Origin: Cladosporium halotolerans
Taxonomy: Eukaryota
Assembly: GCF_011745625.1 (NCBI RefSeq)
Contig: NW_027191463.1
Coordinates: 310,001 to 374,000 of the forward strand
DNA length: 64,000 nucleotides
Reading direction: 5' to 3'
Shown: positions 1 to 14,051 of the stretch, piece by piece
How positions within the stretch are numbered: position 1 is the first letter of the stretch
Layout: each line of letters starts with the position of its first letter
Position numbers and translations under genes: made by a program
The notes under the pieces: model-generated
Seen by the model: only the letters and a program-made list of their open reading frames with translations
What the model was told of the DNA's origin: nothing
Databases searched by the model: none

Positions 1-352
1 GTGAAACGTGAGGCTGGTTTTTTTTTTTTGGCGGTGGCGAGCGGTAAGTCAAGGCAGGGCAGATCAGGGCAGGGCGGAGGGATATTTCTCCTGGTGCCTG
101 GCGGGCGTACCGGGATGAATTGATTGATGGGTGAGGGGAGGTGAGGTGAGGCAGCGCACAGCACAGGCGAGACGCGACGACTGCCACTCTCTTCCGCGAT
201 TCGAGAATTGCTCTCGTTGCGCGGCTGCGTGGAAAGTGCGATGTTTTGATCGTCCAAAGCGCATCGGAATAAACGCAACGCAACGCGACACGACGACGCG
301 CGAAGGAAGCGCGCTGTGAAGCGTGGCATCCTATCCTGCCCGGCTAGGGGGA

Positions 353-374
353 AGAGAGAGAGAGAGAGAGAGAG
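353..374. repeat. (AG)n microsatellite
   Basis: About 11 AG units read directly. Confidence 0.9.
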
Positions 375-1145
375 TTCGACCCTGCGCCCGCCACGCGCGG
401 CGGATCCCTCCTCACGTTTCACTTTGTTTGTGTTCGTTCAACGTGGGCTAAGGAAAGGAAGACGCCTCGTATAGCATCGCATCTCCACAACCCCTCTCCT
501 TGCCTGCGCGCGCGCGCGGCGCGTCCTCGCTCAAACGCTCGGTGTGTTGCGACCGAGCGGAGCGAGTGGACTCAGTGGAGTGGCATCGCGTCGAGTTGCT
601 GTCCCGCCTTACCTGCCGCTCGCGCAGGGAACGAGCGCGAGGAAGAGGGACCGGGTCAACTATCTACCTGCCAGTGGGGTGTATGTAGGGCGCGTGCGCT
701 CGCTCGGGATTCCTGCTACCTAGTAGTGACGATGCTTCGGCATAGGGCCGAACAGCACCGCGAGTCCGGAGGCCTGCGTCCTCGTGGGGCACGGGGGCTT
801 GGCGCGAGCGAGGTGGTGCGAAGCGCACTAGGTAGACGAACACATGGCAGACGCTGCGCGATGGGGTCGCTCGCTGTATGTATGTACGTACTACCGCTCT
901 AGACGTAGATGCCATTCGCACGCGTGCTGGGCTAAAGCCGCGACTCGCACGCGGCACAGAAGCCGGGGATGCCGAGGATCTGGTCGAGCGGGCGGTAGGC
1001 GAGAGTGATGTGCGAGGAGGGCTGGCGATGTCTGCACTCTGTCTGCCCTTCCCCGGGGCGGGCGCGCGCGCTCTCCGCTCCACTTCACCCGCACAGACGT
1101 TGCGGCGGCACCGTCAAGCTCTCGTGGCGCGGCGGCGGCCGAAGA

Positions 1146-1149
1146 ACGA

Positions 1150-1181
<32 letters not shown>

Positions 1182-1183
1182 AC
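1146..1183. repeat. (GAC)n microsatellite
   Basis: About 12 GAC units with one GGC interruption. Confidence 0.9.
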
Positions 1184-3410
1184 AGGATGATGTGAAGCGT
1201 GAAGCGTCACGGATTGAGTTTCTGAGAGCGAACGGCGCGCCGCTGATGGCCGCACGGCTCACCTCACCTCACCAGCGCGCGCAAGGGCTTCACGATTCAC
1301 CCGCCGGCTGCGCTCCGAAGCCTCTCCACAGCAAGACCTCCGGGTGGAGATTGTGGTTGGGCGGCTTTCAAGGGGAACCGCTTCAGCGCGCGCTCAGCTC
1401 ACGGAGAGCGCGAGAAAGAATCGCGCGCGGAACTTGCCTTGGACCGTTGTGCTCGCTCGCTCGCTCGCTCGCGCCAGCGCTTGCAGTGCAGCTTGGGCAC
1501 GAGTGCGCGCGCGCGCTGTCGCGCTATCCGTGCTCGCATCCCGCGCGCGTTCTAGAGGCGGCGGCTGTCGTCGCTGCGCTGCGCGCGGTCAGCAGAGCAG
1601 TCAGTAGGCAGTAGTGTGGTAGTCAGCAACAGCGCAGCGCCGCGCCGCGCAGCAGAGAGCGCGCGCACAATTCCCCGACTCCGACTCTGCCGCCCGGCGC
1701 GCTTCCCCTCGCAGGTGCAGGCTCGCTTGCGCTGCTGCTGACATCCGGCCGTCTCAGCGTGGTCGTCTGTCGTCTGGCGAAACGGTGGGCGCGCGCGGCA
1801 GGGTAGGCACGGCCACCGCGGCTTCGCTGGGAGGCTCGGACGAGGACGGGCGACGACGGGCGGGGCGCGAACCAAGCATTCCCACGGTCGCTGATCTGCC
1901 GCCAGCCCGACGAGAGACGAGAGAGGGGGAGAGCGCATGGGATAGGGGCCGGCGGGCGGGAAGCTCTCAGGTGTGCAGAAGCCGCGCCACGGGCGGCAGC
2001 CCTGTCCGCTGGCGGCACAGCTGTGCGAGGCGGCACGGCGCAGAGGTTGTGAGGAACGGGTATAGCGCGCGGGCGCGCTGGCAGGTGGCAGCGTCTCTGG
2101 CGGCCGAGGCCGACCTCAGTCCTGACTCTGCTGCGCGCGGCGCCGTGAGGAGTCGCCGTGGGCTGGCCAAGGCGGCGAGAGGCCCTGCGCCGCCGGAGAC
2201 GCTGCCACTCGCCAGTGCGCCCGGAACTGCTCGTGCCTGCGCCCGCCGTGCCTGAGCCAGCGAGTGCCCAGCGAGCGGCGCAGTACCGCGCGCACCACCG
2301 GCCGCCGCCGACGCCGCGATCGGGGGAGGGCGCAGGCGGCGCTGGAGGGCTTGGAGTCTGCCGTGGGCGCAGAGGAGCACGAGGAGGGGTGGCGTGGCGG
2401 CAAGACACGACGAGGGGAGGCAGGCGGGCACGGTGTCTAGCTACCTAGCAGGCAGTGCGCAAGGCTGGCTGGCTGGCGGCACGAGCGGGAGGTGCAGCTG
2501 CAGGCGATGCTGGGGGGTGCCGGCGGCGGAGAGATGCGCGCGCTGATGCTGGACGCAGATGGTGGACTGCGATGGATGGAGTGATGCGCGGCGGAGAAGC
2601 GATCGCCGGGCGCACAGGAGCAGCTACCTTGGAGCTATTTTGGGGCCGCCAGGGTCGCGCGGGACATGGGGGCAGCGGGCCAATCAGCGGTGCGCGGCAG
2701 CCGGGGTGCGCGGGCGACGGCCTGAGGCGCACCGGCGTAGCTGCTGTCACGGCCGGGTGCAGGCCGGCACGCAGCAGGCAGGCACGCCGGTGGATGCGCG
2801 CGGGCGTCAGCGGTGGGCAGGCGCGACTGGCCAGAGAGGCCCAAGGGCCGCCAGCCTGTGCGGTGCCTGTGCCTTCCTTCCCCAAGATCCGCCCACTGCG
2901 CGCGCCGCATGGGCTGAGGGAGGCCCGGCACCGCCGCCTCGTGCGCGCCGTTGCCCTTCCCCGTCCTCACTACACGCCCGCCGTGTCTCGCCCTGTGCCC
3001 GTCGGCCGCCCGCCGTCCGTTCGTCTGTCTGCTGTCTGTCTGTGTCTGCTCGCCTCGTCGTCGGCCTCGTCCTGCGCACCTCACTCGCTACCTCGCCCAC
3101 CCGTCGCTCCTCCGCCTTCGACTGCGCACCCTGCCCTCGCTCTCAATGCGCCTGTAACCCGACACCCCCCAAGTCGCTCGCTACCGCAGCCTCTCCAAAC
3201 GTCGCGACATCGCCTCACCTCCTCGCCGTCTCCCGCCGGACGTCACTGCCCTCGACCGTTGCGGCCGCCTCAACGTTCCTTCCGCTCTGCACACCTCCAT
3301 CGCACGACCATACGACCGCCTCACCCACACTGCGCGCTGCCTTCCGCCCTACAAATCCCCCTCGCGAGGGCGGGCCCGTCATTCTGCAGACCCAGCACCC
3401 GCCCGTCAAC

Positions 3411-6022
3411 ATGGACTACGCCAGCACTTTCGCGCAAGCGCCTCTCTATGCGCCCAACTTTGGGAACGTCTCTGCCGAGCAGCTGCAGCAGCACTACCAG
3501 CAGCACTACACTCTCCCGCAAGCAACCTTACCCGAACAGCCCCGGAATCCCTATGCGGCCACCGCCGTCGCTCAACATCAGATCGCCTGCGACATAAAGC
3601 CGCGCCTGACCAAAGAGCAACATGACATCCTCGAAGCGCACTACATGGAACAGACCAAGCCGAACACCAGCACCAAGAAGGGGTTTGCCGAGTCGCTGAA
3701 CGTCTCGCTCGATAAAGTGAATGTAAGCTTACATGAGGTCATGCCGGATCGCTTCGGCGAGCTAACTTTTGATCGTAGAACTGGTTCCAGAACCGCAGGG
3801 CGAAGTCCAAGCAGGACGCGAAGAAAGCGCAAAGCGCGATGCAGGCCTTGAGCGAATCTCACCAAAACCCTCAGCAGATGAGCTCTAGCGGCTCCGAATC
3901 GGAGCCCTCCCCGGCTTTCGCTTCGTCCGAGTACTTTAACATGATGCAGCAGAGCGGCGCCGACAACAGTTCGAACGAGAGCTTCGGCAAAACCTCGCAA
4001 GGCCAGTACCATGAGGCTGCCTCCCTGCCCCAGGATATTCCTCTGCCCGCGAGCGAGCCCAACGACCAATTCCAGGAGTTCGATTTCAATCAAGCCCAAA
4101 GCGACCTGTTTGACAGCCCGCAGGATTTGAACCGTAGGACGCTTACCCAGGAACAATTCAATGCCATGTCGCAGCAAAGCGTCATGCAAGGATCTGGAGG
4201 ATTCACCCTGGACATGGATGTTGAAGCATTGAACAAAATGTACCCGGACTACAGCCAGCCGGATATGAAATCTCAGGAGGCCTATGACTTCCCCGCCTTC
4301 TCAGGGCTGCCGGATTCTCATCAAGGAGCGTCTTTGCCACAGGCCGTTGCCAACCACTCTGTGCCTGGATTCCCCTCATCGAATGCCATGCAGGCTCAGT
4401 CAGTCGTCTCGTCAGCAAGCTCGGATTGGGGCGGCAGCCGGAGCTCGTCTATATCGACTTTTAGCCGCGAGAGCCAGATCGCGCCATCTGCCGCCACAAC
4501 CCAACCGCAAGCAGCGACCGCAAGCTCTCAATGGCGTCCAGGACAGTCTGTTCCCGTCGACTTCAACCAACTTTCAGAGGAGTTCCGTCAGATCGCGCAG
4601 TCCCGCCAACCCCAGCAACAGTACATGCAAGAGCAGCCTCTGGCTTGGCCTGTCGATGAAGCCTATCGCGAAAGGAGGGAGTCACAAACGGCTAGCATCA
4701 CCCAGTCGATGAGCAACGTTGGCCTGAAAACACCACAGCCTCCACAGCACGCGGCTTTCAAATCTCCGGCACCGGCTACGAGTTTGGCGACCAGACGCCA
4801 GCGATCGAAACCGACTCCACTGGGTCTTGCATCTCTTCGCAGCCAGTCTTACAGCGCCGCTTCGCAGCCGGGATCCCCGGGAAACATGTCACAGACCCAC
4901 CATCAACAACAGAACAGTAGCAACCTGGGTCCCGCTCAACCCCTCCGTCGCATCAAATCCTCCAACATGATCAATGGTGTTGCGCAAGGGCGTATTCAAA
5001 AGGCGGTCCCTGGCTCAGCGCAACGATCGCCTCTCAACTGGACTTTTGCTGATGTGATGAACTCGCCCAAAGGCATGCGGAGCATGTCAACATCGAATGG
5101 CTCCAGCTTGGCCCCACCGACGCCTATGTCTCCGAGGGAACAAGCTAGACAGACGCAGCAATGGCAAAGCTCCTCCGGGCAAGTCAGCCGCCAGGCCAGC
5201 ATCAGTGAGACAGATTTAGAGCAGGCCGCACAGCACGTTCCAGCTACAGGACCGGCGGACAACATCTCCTCGCCGCCTCACACTCCAATGTACCCGCCGC
5301 AGCCACCGTTTGCGCAGCAGCGAGTCGGGAAGAACAATGTAACGGAGAATACTCCGCCGCAGTCGGCACCAGCCACGCAGCTGTGCTTTTCCAACAACTC
5401 CTTCATGCCACCTCCACCGCCCAACCCAGTCTCTCAGCACCAAGTGACGACCATGCCTCCACCGCAAGCCCCTCAACAGGCCATGCAGCATATGTTCTCT
5501 GCTCATGCACCTCAAATGATGCCACCTGAGCCACAATTTGCGATGGGCGACATGGGGATGGCACAGCCTCACTTCGCGTTCGCCAATCCTGATCCTATGG
5601 CCAATGCCCACATGCAATTTTCGATGGGAGGTGTACCTATGGTCGATGCCAATGGCAACTTCCAGATGGCCATGCCGCAGCCGCACTACCAACTCGTCTC
5701 CCACCCACCTCCTATGCCGTCCGCCTCAGCGCCGCCTCTCAACCACACGCCGCCGATGCACTTCCCCTTCCCAGCCACGGCTTCACCTCCGCCCGGTCTT
5801 CATATGCCGAACCATGGATCTCACGCAATCCCGCAACCTGAGCTTTTCGTCCACGAGTACCAGCCTCCCGCCGACGTCAAGCGTGCTGCGACCCCGCGCA
5901 AAGTGCCTGCCGAGTCTGGACCTAAGAGTTACACTTTTGCCAACCAGACACCGGAGCACTTCGAGAAAGGCAAGAAGGGAGCGGCGGCGGCGAGCACCAG
6001 CCCGTCGAGCAATTCGTCGTGA
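3411..6022 (+). CDS. Homeobox transcription factor (Pah1/HbxA/Htf1-like); intron 3723-3778
   Basis: KPRLTKEQHDILEAHY...SLDKVN is joined across GTAAGC..GCTAAC..TAG to NWFQNRRAK (homeodomain helix 3). A long Q/P/S-rich C-terminus ends ...KSYTFANQTPEHF... Confidence 0.92.
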
Positions 6023-6937
6023 TTTAGCATACGTAACGAGACGTGAACGAAGAGGCATCACGCTTGGATGGCGAACCATTCTTGGAAACTTCGCACAACT
6101 GCCACTTCGACGGACATGGCTCGACACATCATCTTTCTTCTCCACTGAAACTCCAGCACAACCCGACAAAACTCACCACAAACCTTCCCACACCCGCTAA
6201 TTTCTTCATCTGTTAAAGCGCAAACAGCGAGCACATGAGCGACCTCCCGCCTACCGAGTTTTTCATTTTCTTGTCTTTACAGCCAGAGAGAATACCAGGA
6301 CCCCAGCACTTTGCGAGCCATCGATTCACTTCGTTTCTTTTCTTCTTGGGATCTTTCGGACCATCTGCCCGGCTTTGGGAACGATGCCACGATTTGGATT
6401 TTCACACCTGCCGGCGCTGAGTCAGGCCCGGAAATTTTGCTGGTTTTGGATTCACCATTCTTTTTTTTCTGCTTTGGGCTTCCCTTGAGATACACCCACA
6501 CTCATCTTCCCTTTTTCTGTTCTTTTTTTTCTTTTCTTTTTCTGTCTGGCCTTCCTTTTTTACTCATTAATGCAGGAATCTTTGCTAGCTAGCGGCGGAA
6601 AGGGGGCCAACGGAACGCGAAAGGGCGACGACGCGAGGACGATAATGATACCACATCTCATTTTTTCTTTCTTTTTGATTTTATTGTTTGGTCAATCTTG
6701 CGACTCTCTTTTTTGTCTCTTTTGATGTAAAAGTAGCAGCAGCAGCAGCGGTAGTCGGATCCGGCTTAATCTCGAAGCCTCAAAACTTCGACTGGTCGGG
6801 AGCGACCAGCTAGGCGCGGAAAGCTGGAGAGAGAGGTACAGATACCCAAGATGTCCCGGAGACGGGAAGTAGCAATCCAAATTAACAAATCGATTTCCCC
6901 CCACAAACCTAACCATTCCCCCAAAATCCCCCCCCCA

Positions 6938-7875
<938 letters not shown>

Positions 7876-8600
7876 GGTGTTGTGATTGATTGCGTTTTGG
7901 TTTTCAGAATGTGTGGGGTTTGAGTATCACTCTCGTTGTTGAGCAACAATCGTGATATTTGAAGCGTTCACTTCAACCTGTGGTCAAACTTCATGGCCCG
8001 AATAGGTAAGAGCTGTTGATGGCCTAAGGCATCACAAAATGCATCCACAGCTGTGGCGCGTACGAAGCCCGCTCCGAGGCTCTACGAGGATAAACAGCGG
8101 CTCATTCGCTGATCACCCGCGGTCAGCATTTCCTACACGCGCACCTTTAGACTTGCGCGGCCATCCTGGTATGCTTGCTTGGCCTATTTTCATTAGAAAT
8201 TACAATGATGAAGGGATCCATGCGACCGGCATTCCTGTATGCACAGTAGCGTGAGGGTGTGGCGGAGAGCATGTGCGCGCGCGCGCGCAGACGCGGCCAA
8301 ACTTGTTTTTGCTCACGCCAGGCGAGATGAAAGGAACCATAGGGCACGCGGCGGCTCACCGACACCACCCGGCATCCTTGCAACGTCACCTCATCGCAAT
8401 CATTCGTACACAACACGCACACTGTGGGGTGTCTTCGTGCTTCACGTTCTTCAACTGATAATCAGGCCGCCCACCCCGATCCAACAGCCTTTCACACCAA
8501 CGGGCACTAGCCACGGCCAACTGCCCGGATCTCGCGGACTGCCGAGCACTGCAGTGGCGCACGCTTGACTGGGTCGTGCGGATCGAGGGCAGCCGTTGCG

Positions 8601-11600
8601 ATGGACTTCGCTAGCAGAAGCGCGAGCAAGAGCCCGCCTTCCTCACTCAAGGCCTCTGGCTTCATCGTGCCATCCTCGGCGCCTCTCGAGACCATCATGG
8701 ACGGCGAACCTCCTGGTCGCCCCGAAATGCAGAGTTTCGGCGACTCGTCCGGCACCGCCACGTCTGGCGAATCCATCGATTATGGCTCTGGCCAGGAAGG
8801 CGATTTCTACCCGGACAATGTCGCCGCCAGGCATTTCTCGCCGAATGCGCCCAGCGGGGTCGAAGGCATGTCGCCGTTGACGACCGCCTCCTCTTACGGC
8901 TGGACTCCAAACACTTCTGCCACCTCTTCCCGCATGAGCGGACGGCCGCCGGTGGGCACGCCGTACATCCAGCAGGAAGTCCCACCTGGCGCCATGCACA
9001 GTGCACAACAGAGACCTCCCAGACCGAGCGCTTCACGGCAGCCGTCGAACGCATACAATCCCGCGCGTCGCCCTGCGCAATACGTCAACACCGCCACCGC
9101 GTCCAGGCAGCGCACGAACTCGAGAACCAACCAACGGAACCCGAACGCGGAATACCGGGCGCAAGAGAAGGCATACGTGCAGAGGATACGGCAAGAGGAC
9201 GCACCGACCAACGATTTCTTCGGCGAGCCGCGGACCCCTAGTTTGGATTACAGCGATGAGACGAGCACCGATGACGAGTCGCCCACAACAAGCAATTACG
9301 TCGAGAACGATCCGTACGATCAGGATACTTTGCTGTACTACGGAAATGAGGAGCAAGAGCCGTCGTTGGAGGAGCTGAAGATACCTGCAAACCGAGAAAG
9401 GCTGGAATGGCACGCTATGTTGGCCAATGTCCTCACTGGTGACGTAGTGAAGCAGGAGAAGAAGCGTTTGATCGGTGGGCCTGACACTCAAGAGGACAAC
9501 GCGATGAAGACGGAGATATGGATCGGTGTAAGGGCACGCACTTGCGGACGCAGCGTGGCCACGCAGCGACGATTGATTGAGGAGGGCCGCTCCAAGGTGA
9601 AGCAGACGATTGAAGCGATCATTGCATTTGAAATTAAGGGTGAGGCAGAGGTCGGTAAATCGCCGCTCGAGCAGGTCCAGCAGGTCGTCAACCGCATCGA
9701 AAAGGTCGAGAGGCTCTACCCAACACGGCAGGCTTTCGAGGCTGCGCAACCCCGAGCTGCTTCTGATGCCTACCGGGCTACGTGTAATGCTGTGCTCTCC
9801 TGGCACAACACCACGAAGCTCATCAACACCGAGCTTGGTATCTTGCAGCAATGGGTTGGCAACGTAGAGCTTGACTTCACCAAGCCTAGGAGCGCCGCTC
9901 CTGGCGAGCAGAACGGACACCTTTTCGACGACAGCTCGTTCATCGACCGCATTCTGAAGGAGGACGGTCTGAAGTCTTTGCAAGGTGACAACAGCTTGTT
10001 GAATGGCGTCAATACCGTCATCAACAAGGCCAAGGTCACCCTTATTGAGAATGCCGAAGCATTCGCCAACCAACATCTGCCGCCCTACATCGAGGAACTC
10101 CTGACGCTCATCAACTTCCCTTCGAGGCTTATTCAGGAGATCATTCGTATGCGGCTGTCGTATGCGAAGAAGATGAAGGATCCCGCGCAGCAAGGCGTCA
10201 TGATGGCTGAGCAGACGATCTTGCAATTCAGAATCCTGCTCACGCTTGCAGTCAAGATCAAGGAGGCGTACCTCGTCGTCGCACAGCCTCAGCCTGGATG
10301 GGACTTGCCGCCTTGTATCGATGAAGCGTTTGATGGTGTCGTTATTGACGCTCTATTATTCTACTTCAAGATGCTCAACTGGAAACTCATGGCGAACAAG
10401 AACACATTCAAGGAGGCGGAAATTCTGGAACAAGAGTGGGATTTCTGCTATCAACTGGGCCGTCACTTGGAGGGCGGAGATGTCGAGGTCGCAGAGCAGT
10501 TTTCTTCCCTCACATCGAGATCGCTCAACCGTCTGACGACGCATTTCGAGAAGGAACTGGTGCGAAGGCCAGACGAGATGGGCGGCGCTGAGATGGACAA
10601 GCGGTACAAGTCCATCCTCGACTCGGTCCGTGTCCGACAAAGAAAGATCTTCCGTTTCTCCAGGATTCTCAGCCAGCGTTTCGAGAATGCCACCGAGTAC
10701 AACATCAACATGGCGCAAGAGCACTTCGACGACCTGATGGAGGCGCTCACTCTGACGGGCCACTTCTTGGTCGAGACCCAGCCACCCTCATCCGAGAGCA
10801 AGGACGAGGGCGAAGACTTCTCTTACTGGATCATCGCCTCGCCTACTCTTCAGAACCGACCGAAAGACATCGAAAGCATGCTCGGCACCTGCTACCACGC
10901 TGACGATGCGCCGGAAGATCCGAGCAACCCATACGTCCTCATTCTCGAGCCCGAGTACCCTCTCCAATGGGAGGGAGCCAGGATCCGCAGCGACGTGAGA
11001 CGGACTGACCTAGGTATGAAGACCGGCCGCTTGCGCCTCGTCGCAGACGGCAGTCTTCAACGACTTGCCAACGCCAACGCCACTTTCGCGGCCGTCACGG
11101 GCATCGAGCTCAACGTCCTCGTCGAGCAGCGCGCCAACTTGCTCCGTGTCGATACGGAGCTTACCAGGATCCGTAAGACGGCGTACAAACTGAGTAACAC
11201 GATCATGGACAGCGTGAAGATCGTTCGCAAGCAGACCGCGGGGCTCGAATGTCAGGAACTCATCCAGACGTGCTTCGCTTTCGCGACTGAGTTCGGTCAG
11301 CGTTCGGCCATCTACATGGACCAGCAGCGTCGCGCCATGCACCAGTTGAAATTGACGAAACTCGCCTTGGACTGGGTTAGCTTCATCGGCGACGATTGTG
11401 TTGCGAGCGACCGCAAGACGTTCAGGTGGGCTGTCGTTGCGTTGGAGTTTGCGATGATGATGACTAGAGGTCAGAACATCTTATCCATCAGCGACGACGA
11501 GTATGCTATCTTGAGGGCTAAGGTGGCCGGATGCATGAGCTTGTTGATCAGCCACTTTGATATCATGGGCGCGAGGAGCACGGTGGCCGCCCAGGCTGAG

Positions 11601-12806
11601 AAGCAGAAATTGGAGACTATGGTCGGCAAGATGAAGCTCGATTACCACAAGCTCAAGGACGACGAGGAGAGCAGTAAAGTTGTGCGCGCGCAGCGACTTG
11701 ACGAGCTCGAGAAAATTGATCAAGCTCGCAAGGACCGTGAGGCTGAGAGACAGCAGATGGGACGTGTGCTCGAGGATTCTAACGATGCCGATCGTGCCCT
11801 GACACACTTGTCTGCTTCTGCTGGCAACGTTCACCTCCGCTGGCAGCAGGGTCAATTCGTCGGCGGTGGTACCTTCGGCTCCGTCTACGCCGCCATCAAC
11901 CTCGACTCCGGTCAGCTGATGGCTGTGAAGGAAATCCGCCTCCAGGATCCCAAGCTCATCCCCACCATCGTCTCGCAGATCAGAGACGAAATGGGCGTGC
12001 TCCAAGTCCTCGACCACCCCAACATTGTGCAATACTACGGCATAGAACCCCACCGCGACAAGGTCTACATCTTCATGGAATACTGCTCCGGCGGCTCGCT
12101 CGCAGGCCTGCTCGAGCACGGGCGCATCGAAGATGAAACTGTCATCCAAGTCTACGCCCTGCAACTACTCGAGGGCCTCGGCTACCTGCACGAAGCCAAG
12201 GTCGTCCACCGCGACATCAAGCCCGAGAACGTCCTCCTCGACCACAACGGCGTCATCAAGTACGTCGACTTCGGCGCCGCCAAGGTCATCGCCAACCAGG
12301 GCAAGACGATCGTCATGGACGGGCCCTCCGGCCGCCCCAAGCAGCAATCTATGACCGGCACCCCCATGTACATGTCGCCCGAGGTCATCAAGGGCGGCAA
12401 GCACCACCACGCCCGCCTCGGCGCCGTCGACATCTGGTCTCTCGGCTGCGTCGTCATGGAGATGGCTACCGGCGCTCGCCCCTGGGCTTCTCTCGACAAC
12501 GAGTGGGCGATCATGTACAACATCGCGCAGGGCAACACGCCGCAGATGCCGACCCAGGACCAGCTGTCGGAGCTGGGTCTCGATTTCCTCAAGCGTTGCT
12601 TCGAGCGCGACCCTGCCCGCCGCGCTTCCGCTGCTGAGCTGCTCCAGCACGAGTGGATCCTCAATATCCGCAGCCAGATGGATCTCGAGCCGGAGACGCC
12701 GCAGACGCCGGCTAGTGAAGGCAGTGGTGGTGGCTACACGCCTGCTAGCGCGACAAGCTCGCATGGGAGGAGCAGCTTGTCGCACGAAACGTCGAGTGAG
12801 GATTAA
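8601..12806 (+). CDS. SSK2: MAP kinase kinase kinase of the HOG pathway (Ssk2/SskB/Os-4); start ATG 8601 or 8697
   Basis: Single long ORF. N-terminal RERLEWHAMLANVLTGDVV region is typical of Ssk2. C-terminal kinase has GGGTFG, MAVKE, HRDIKPEN, DFG and GTPMYMSPE. Confidence 0.95.
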   Translation: MDFASRSASKSPPSSLKASGFIVPSSAPLETIMDGEPPGRPEMQSFGDSSGTATSGESIDYGSGQEGDFYPDNVAARHFSPNAPSGVEGMSPLTTASSYGWTPNTSATSSRMSGRPPVGTPYIQQEVPPGAMHSAQQRPPRPSASRQPSNAYNPARRPAQYVNTATASRQRTNSRTNQRNPNAEYRAQEKAYVQRIRQEDAPTNDFFGEPRTPSLDYSDETSTDDESPTTSNYVENDPYDQDTLLYYGNEEQEPSLEELKIPANRERLEWHAMLANVLTGDVVKQEKKRLIGGPDTQEDNAMKTEIWIGVRARTCGRSVATQRRLIEEGRSKVKQTIEAIIAFEIKGEAEVGKSPLEQVQQVVNRIEKVERLYPTRQAFEAAQPRAASDAYRATCNAVLSWHNTTKLINTELGILQQWVGNVELDFTKPRSAAPGEQNGHLFDDSSFIDRILKEDGLKSLQGDNSLLNGVNTVINKAKVTLIENAEAFANQHLPPYIEELLTLINFPSRLIQEIIRMRLSYAKKMKDPAQQGVMMAEQTILQFRILLTLAVKIKEAYLVVAQPQPGWDLPPCIDEAFDGVVIDALLFYFKMLNWKLMANKNTFKEAEILEQEWDFCYQLGRHLEGGDVEVAEQFSSLTSRSLNRLTTHFEKELVRRPDEMGGAEMDKRYKSILDSVRVRQRKIFRFSRILSQRFENATEYNINMAQEHFDDLMEALTLTGHFLVETQPPSSESKDEGEDFSYWIIASPTLQNRPKDIESMLGTCYHADDAPEDPSNPYVLILEPEYPLQWEGARIRSDVRRTDLGMKTGRLRLVADGSLQRLANANATFAAVTGIELNVLVEQRANLLRVDTELTRIRKTAYKLSNTIMDSVKIVRKQTAGLECQELIQTCFAFATEFGQRSAIYMDQQRRAMHQLKLTKLALDWVSFIGDDCVASDRKTFRWAVVALEFAMMMTRGQNILSISDDEYAILRAKVAGCMSLLISHFDIMGARSTVAAQAEKQKLETMVGKMKLDYHKLKDDEESSKVVRAQRLDELEKIDQARKDREAERQQMGRVLEDSNDADRALTHLSASAGNVHLRWQQGQFVGGGTFGSVYAAINLDSGQLMAVKEIRLQDPKLIPTIVSQIRDEMGVLQVLDHPNIVQYYGIEPHRDKVYIFMEYCSGGSLAGLLEHGRIEDETVIQVYALQLLEGLGYLHEAKVVHRDIKPENVLLDHNGVIKYVDFGAAKVIANQGKTIVMDGPSGRPKQQSMTGTPMYMSPEVIKGGKHHHARLGAVDIWSLGCVVMEMATGARPWASLDNEWAIMYNIAQGNTPQMPTQDQLSELGLDFLKRCFERDPARRASAAELLQHEWILNIRSQMDLEPETPQTPASEGSGGGYTPASATSSHGRSSLSHETSSED

Positions 12807-13813
12807 GTGTTGGAAGTGAGCGGGGGCTATGTTGCGTTTTGGGAGCGAGCGATGGCGTTTCGTGGTGTTGGCATGGATATATACACATACCGCCTTGGTT
12901 TCTTTTGATTTGGCCATTTTTTGCGCATTGTTAGCGATCGGTTCTGTATGGGGTCATAAGATAGCACAGCGGACGATGTATGAAACATAGCCATTGATTT
13001 GTTACACCCGCCTTGAATCATTGACGACTCCAACTAGTTTCTGGCCTTTCGCTGGCTTTCAGCGTAGCGCATGCGCCTGAGATGGTAATCTGTTGAAAGA
13101 GACTAATGCATCGTCGCTGAAATACTTTCACCCGTTTCAACATCTTCACATTTAGCCGTGGCGCTTGTCAAACGCTACCCCGTGGAGCCTCCAGGGTCCC
13201 AACCCTCAATCCGGCCCGGCGCAGGGGCCAGCGCGTCTCGGAGCAACGTTATTCCCTTCCGGAGTAACTTCACTCTCTCCGATGGCATCTCTGTACTCTT
13301 TGGACTACATATCTCACCAATTGTACTTGGCCTAAAAAGGTACAGATGCGACAAGCTATATCGCATTTGCTGTTATCAGAATGGCGATCTTTAAGCGCCC
13401 CTCACTTGTATAATTGCGCAACCTCGGAATCATGGATCCCATCGGCACCGAGGCTCAGCTCACATCGGAGCTCGTCGCGCTTGGTTCTCCCATCCCCCGC
13501 CTCCGCGTACTCCGCGCTGGCGCTGTCCATGGCGATACAATCCACCGTAGTGCTTGCCAGCGCTTCGCTCGTCGCAATCTCAACGGATTGAGTAGCGGTC
13601 AAGGTAAGCTCGGCTGGCTCACGATAACTCGCCAGCGCAACCGGCTCCAGGCGGCAGCGAACTGGAAAGCTAGATAAGTCGCGTGCTCGCCCTCTCCTTT
13701 TCCTTCTCTCTTCTCTCTTTCATCTCGTCCGGATAACAGCTAAAGCTCACCACTTGTCTACTTTGAAACTCTACTCGATTCTTCATAGGGTTCGCTGAGA
13801 CCCTGCCGCCACA

Positions 13814-14017
13814 ACGTTCTCCAACCTTCTTAACTCGTAAGTGTCTCTTTCTCCTTTCACGACTTAGTCGAGTGTTGTCTCGATGTATAATTTATCGACT
13901 CGACTGTGGTCTCGGCGAGCAACAAGGCTGACTCAAATTGCCAGGCTTCACCACCCTTACGCCGGTCGTCGCTGCTCTTCAGCAGGCTCACCACCGGACT
14001 CTCTTGACACCAAGTAA
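13814..14017 (+). other. Putative ACG-initiated upstream ORF (31 codons) spanning a 5'-leader intron (13837-13944) of INO1
   Basis: GCCGCCACA-ACG context; intron GTAAGT..GCTGAC..CCAG. The spliced frame reads (M)[30 protein letters not shown] and stops 34 nt before the INO1 ATG. Confidence 0.65.
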
Positions 14018-14051
14018 CCCTTTTATCACAAAAAGGCTTACACGCTCAATC

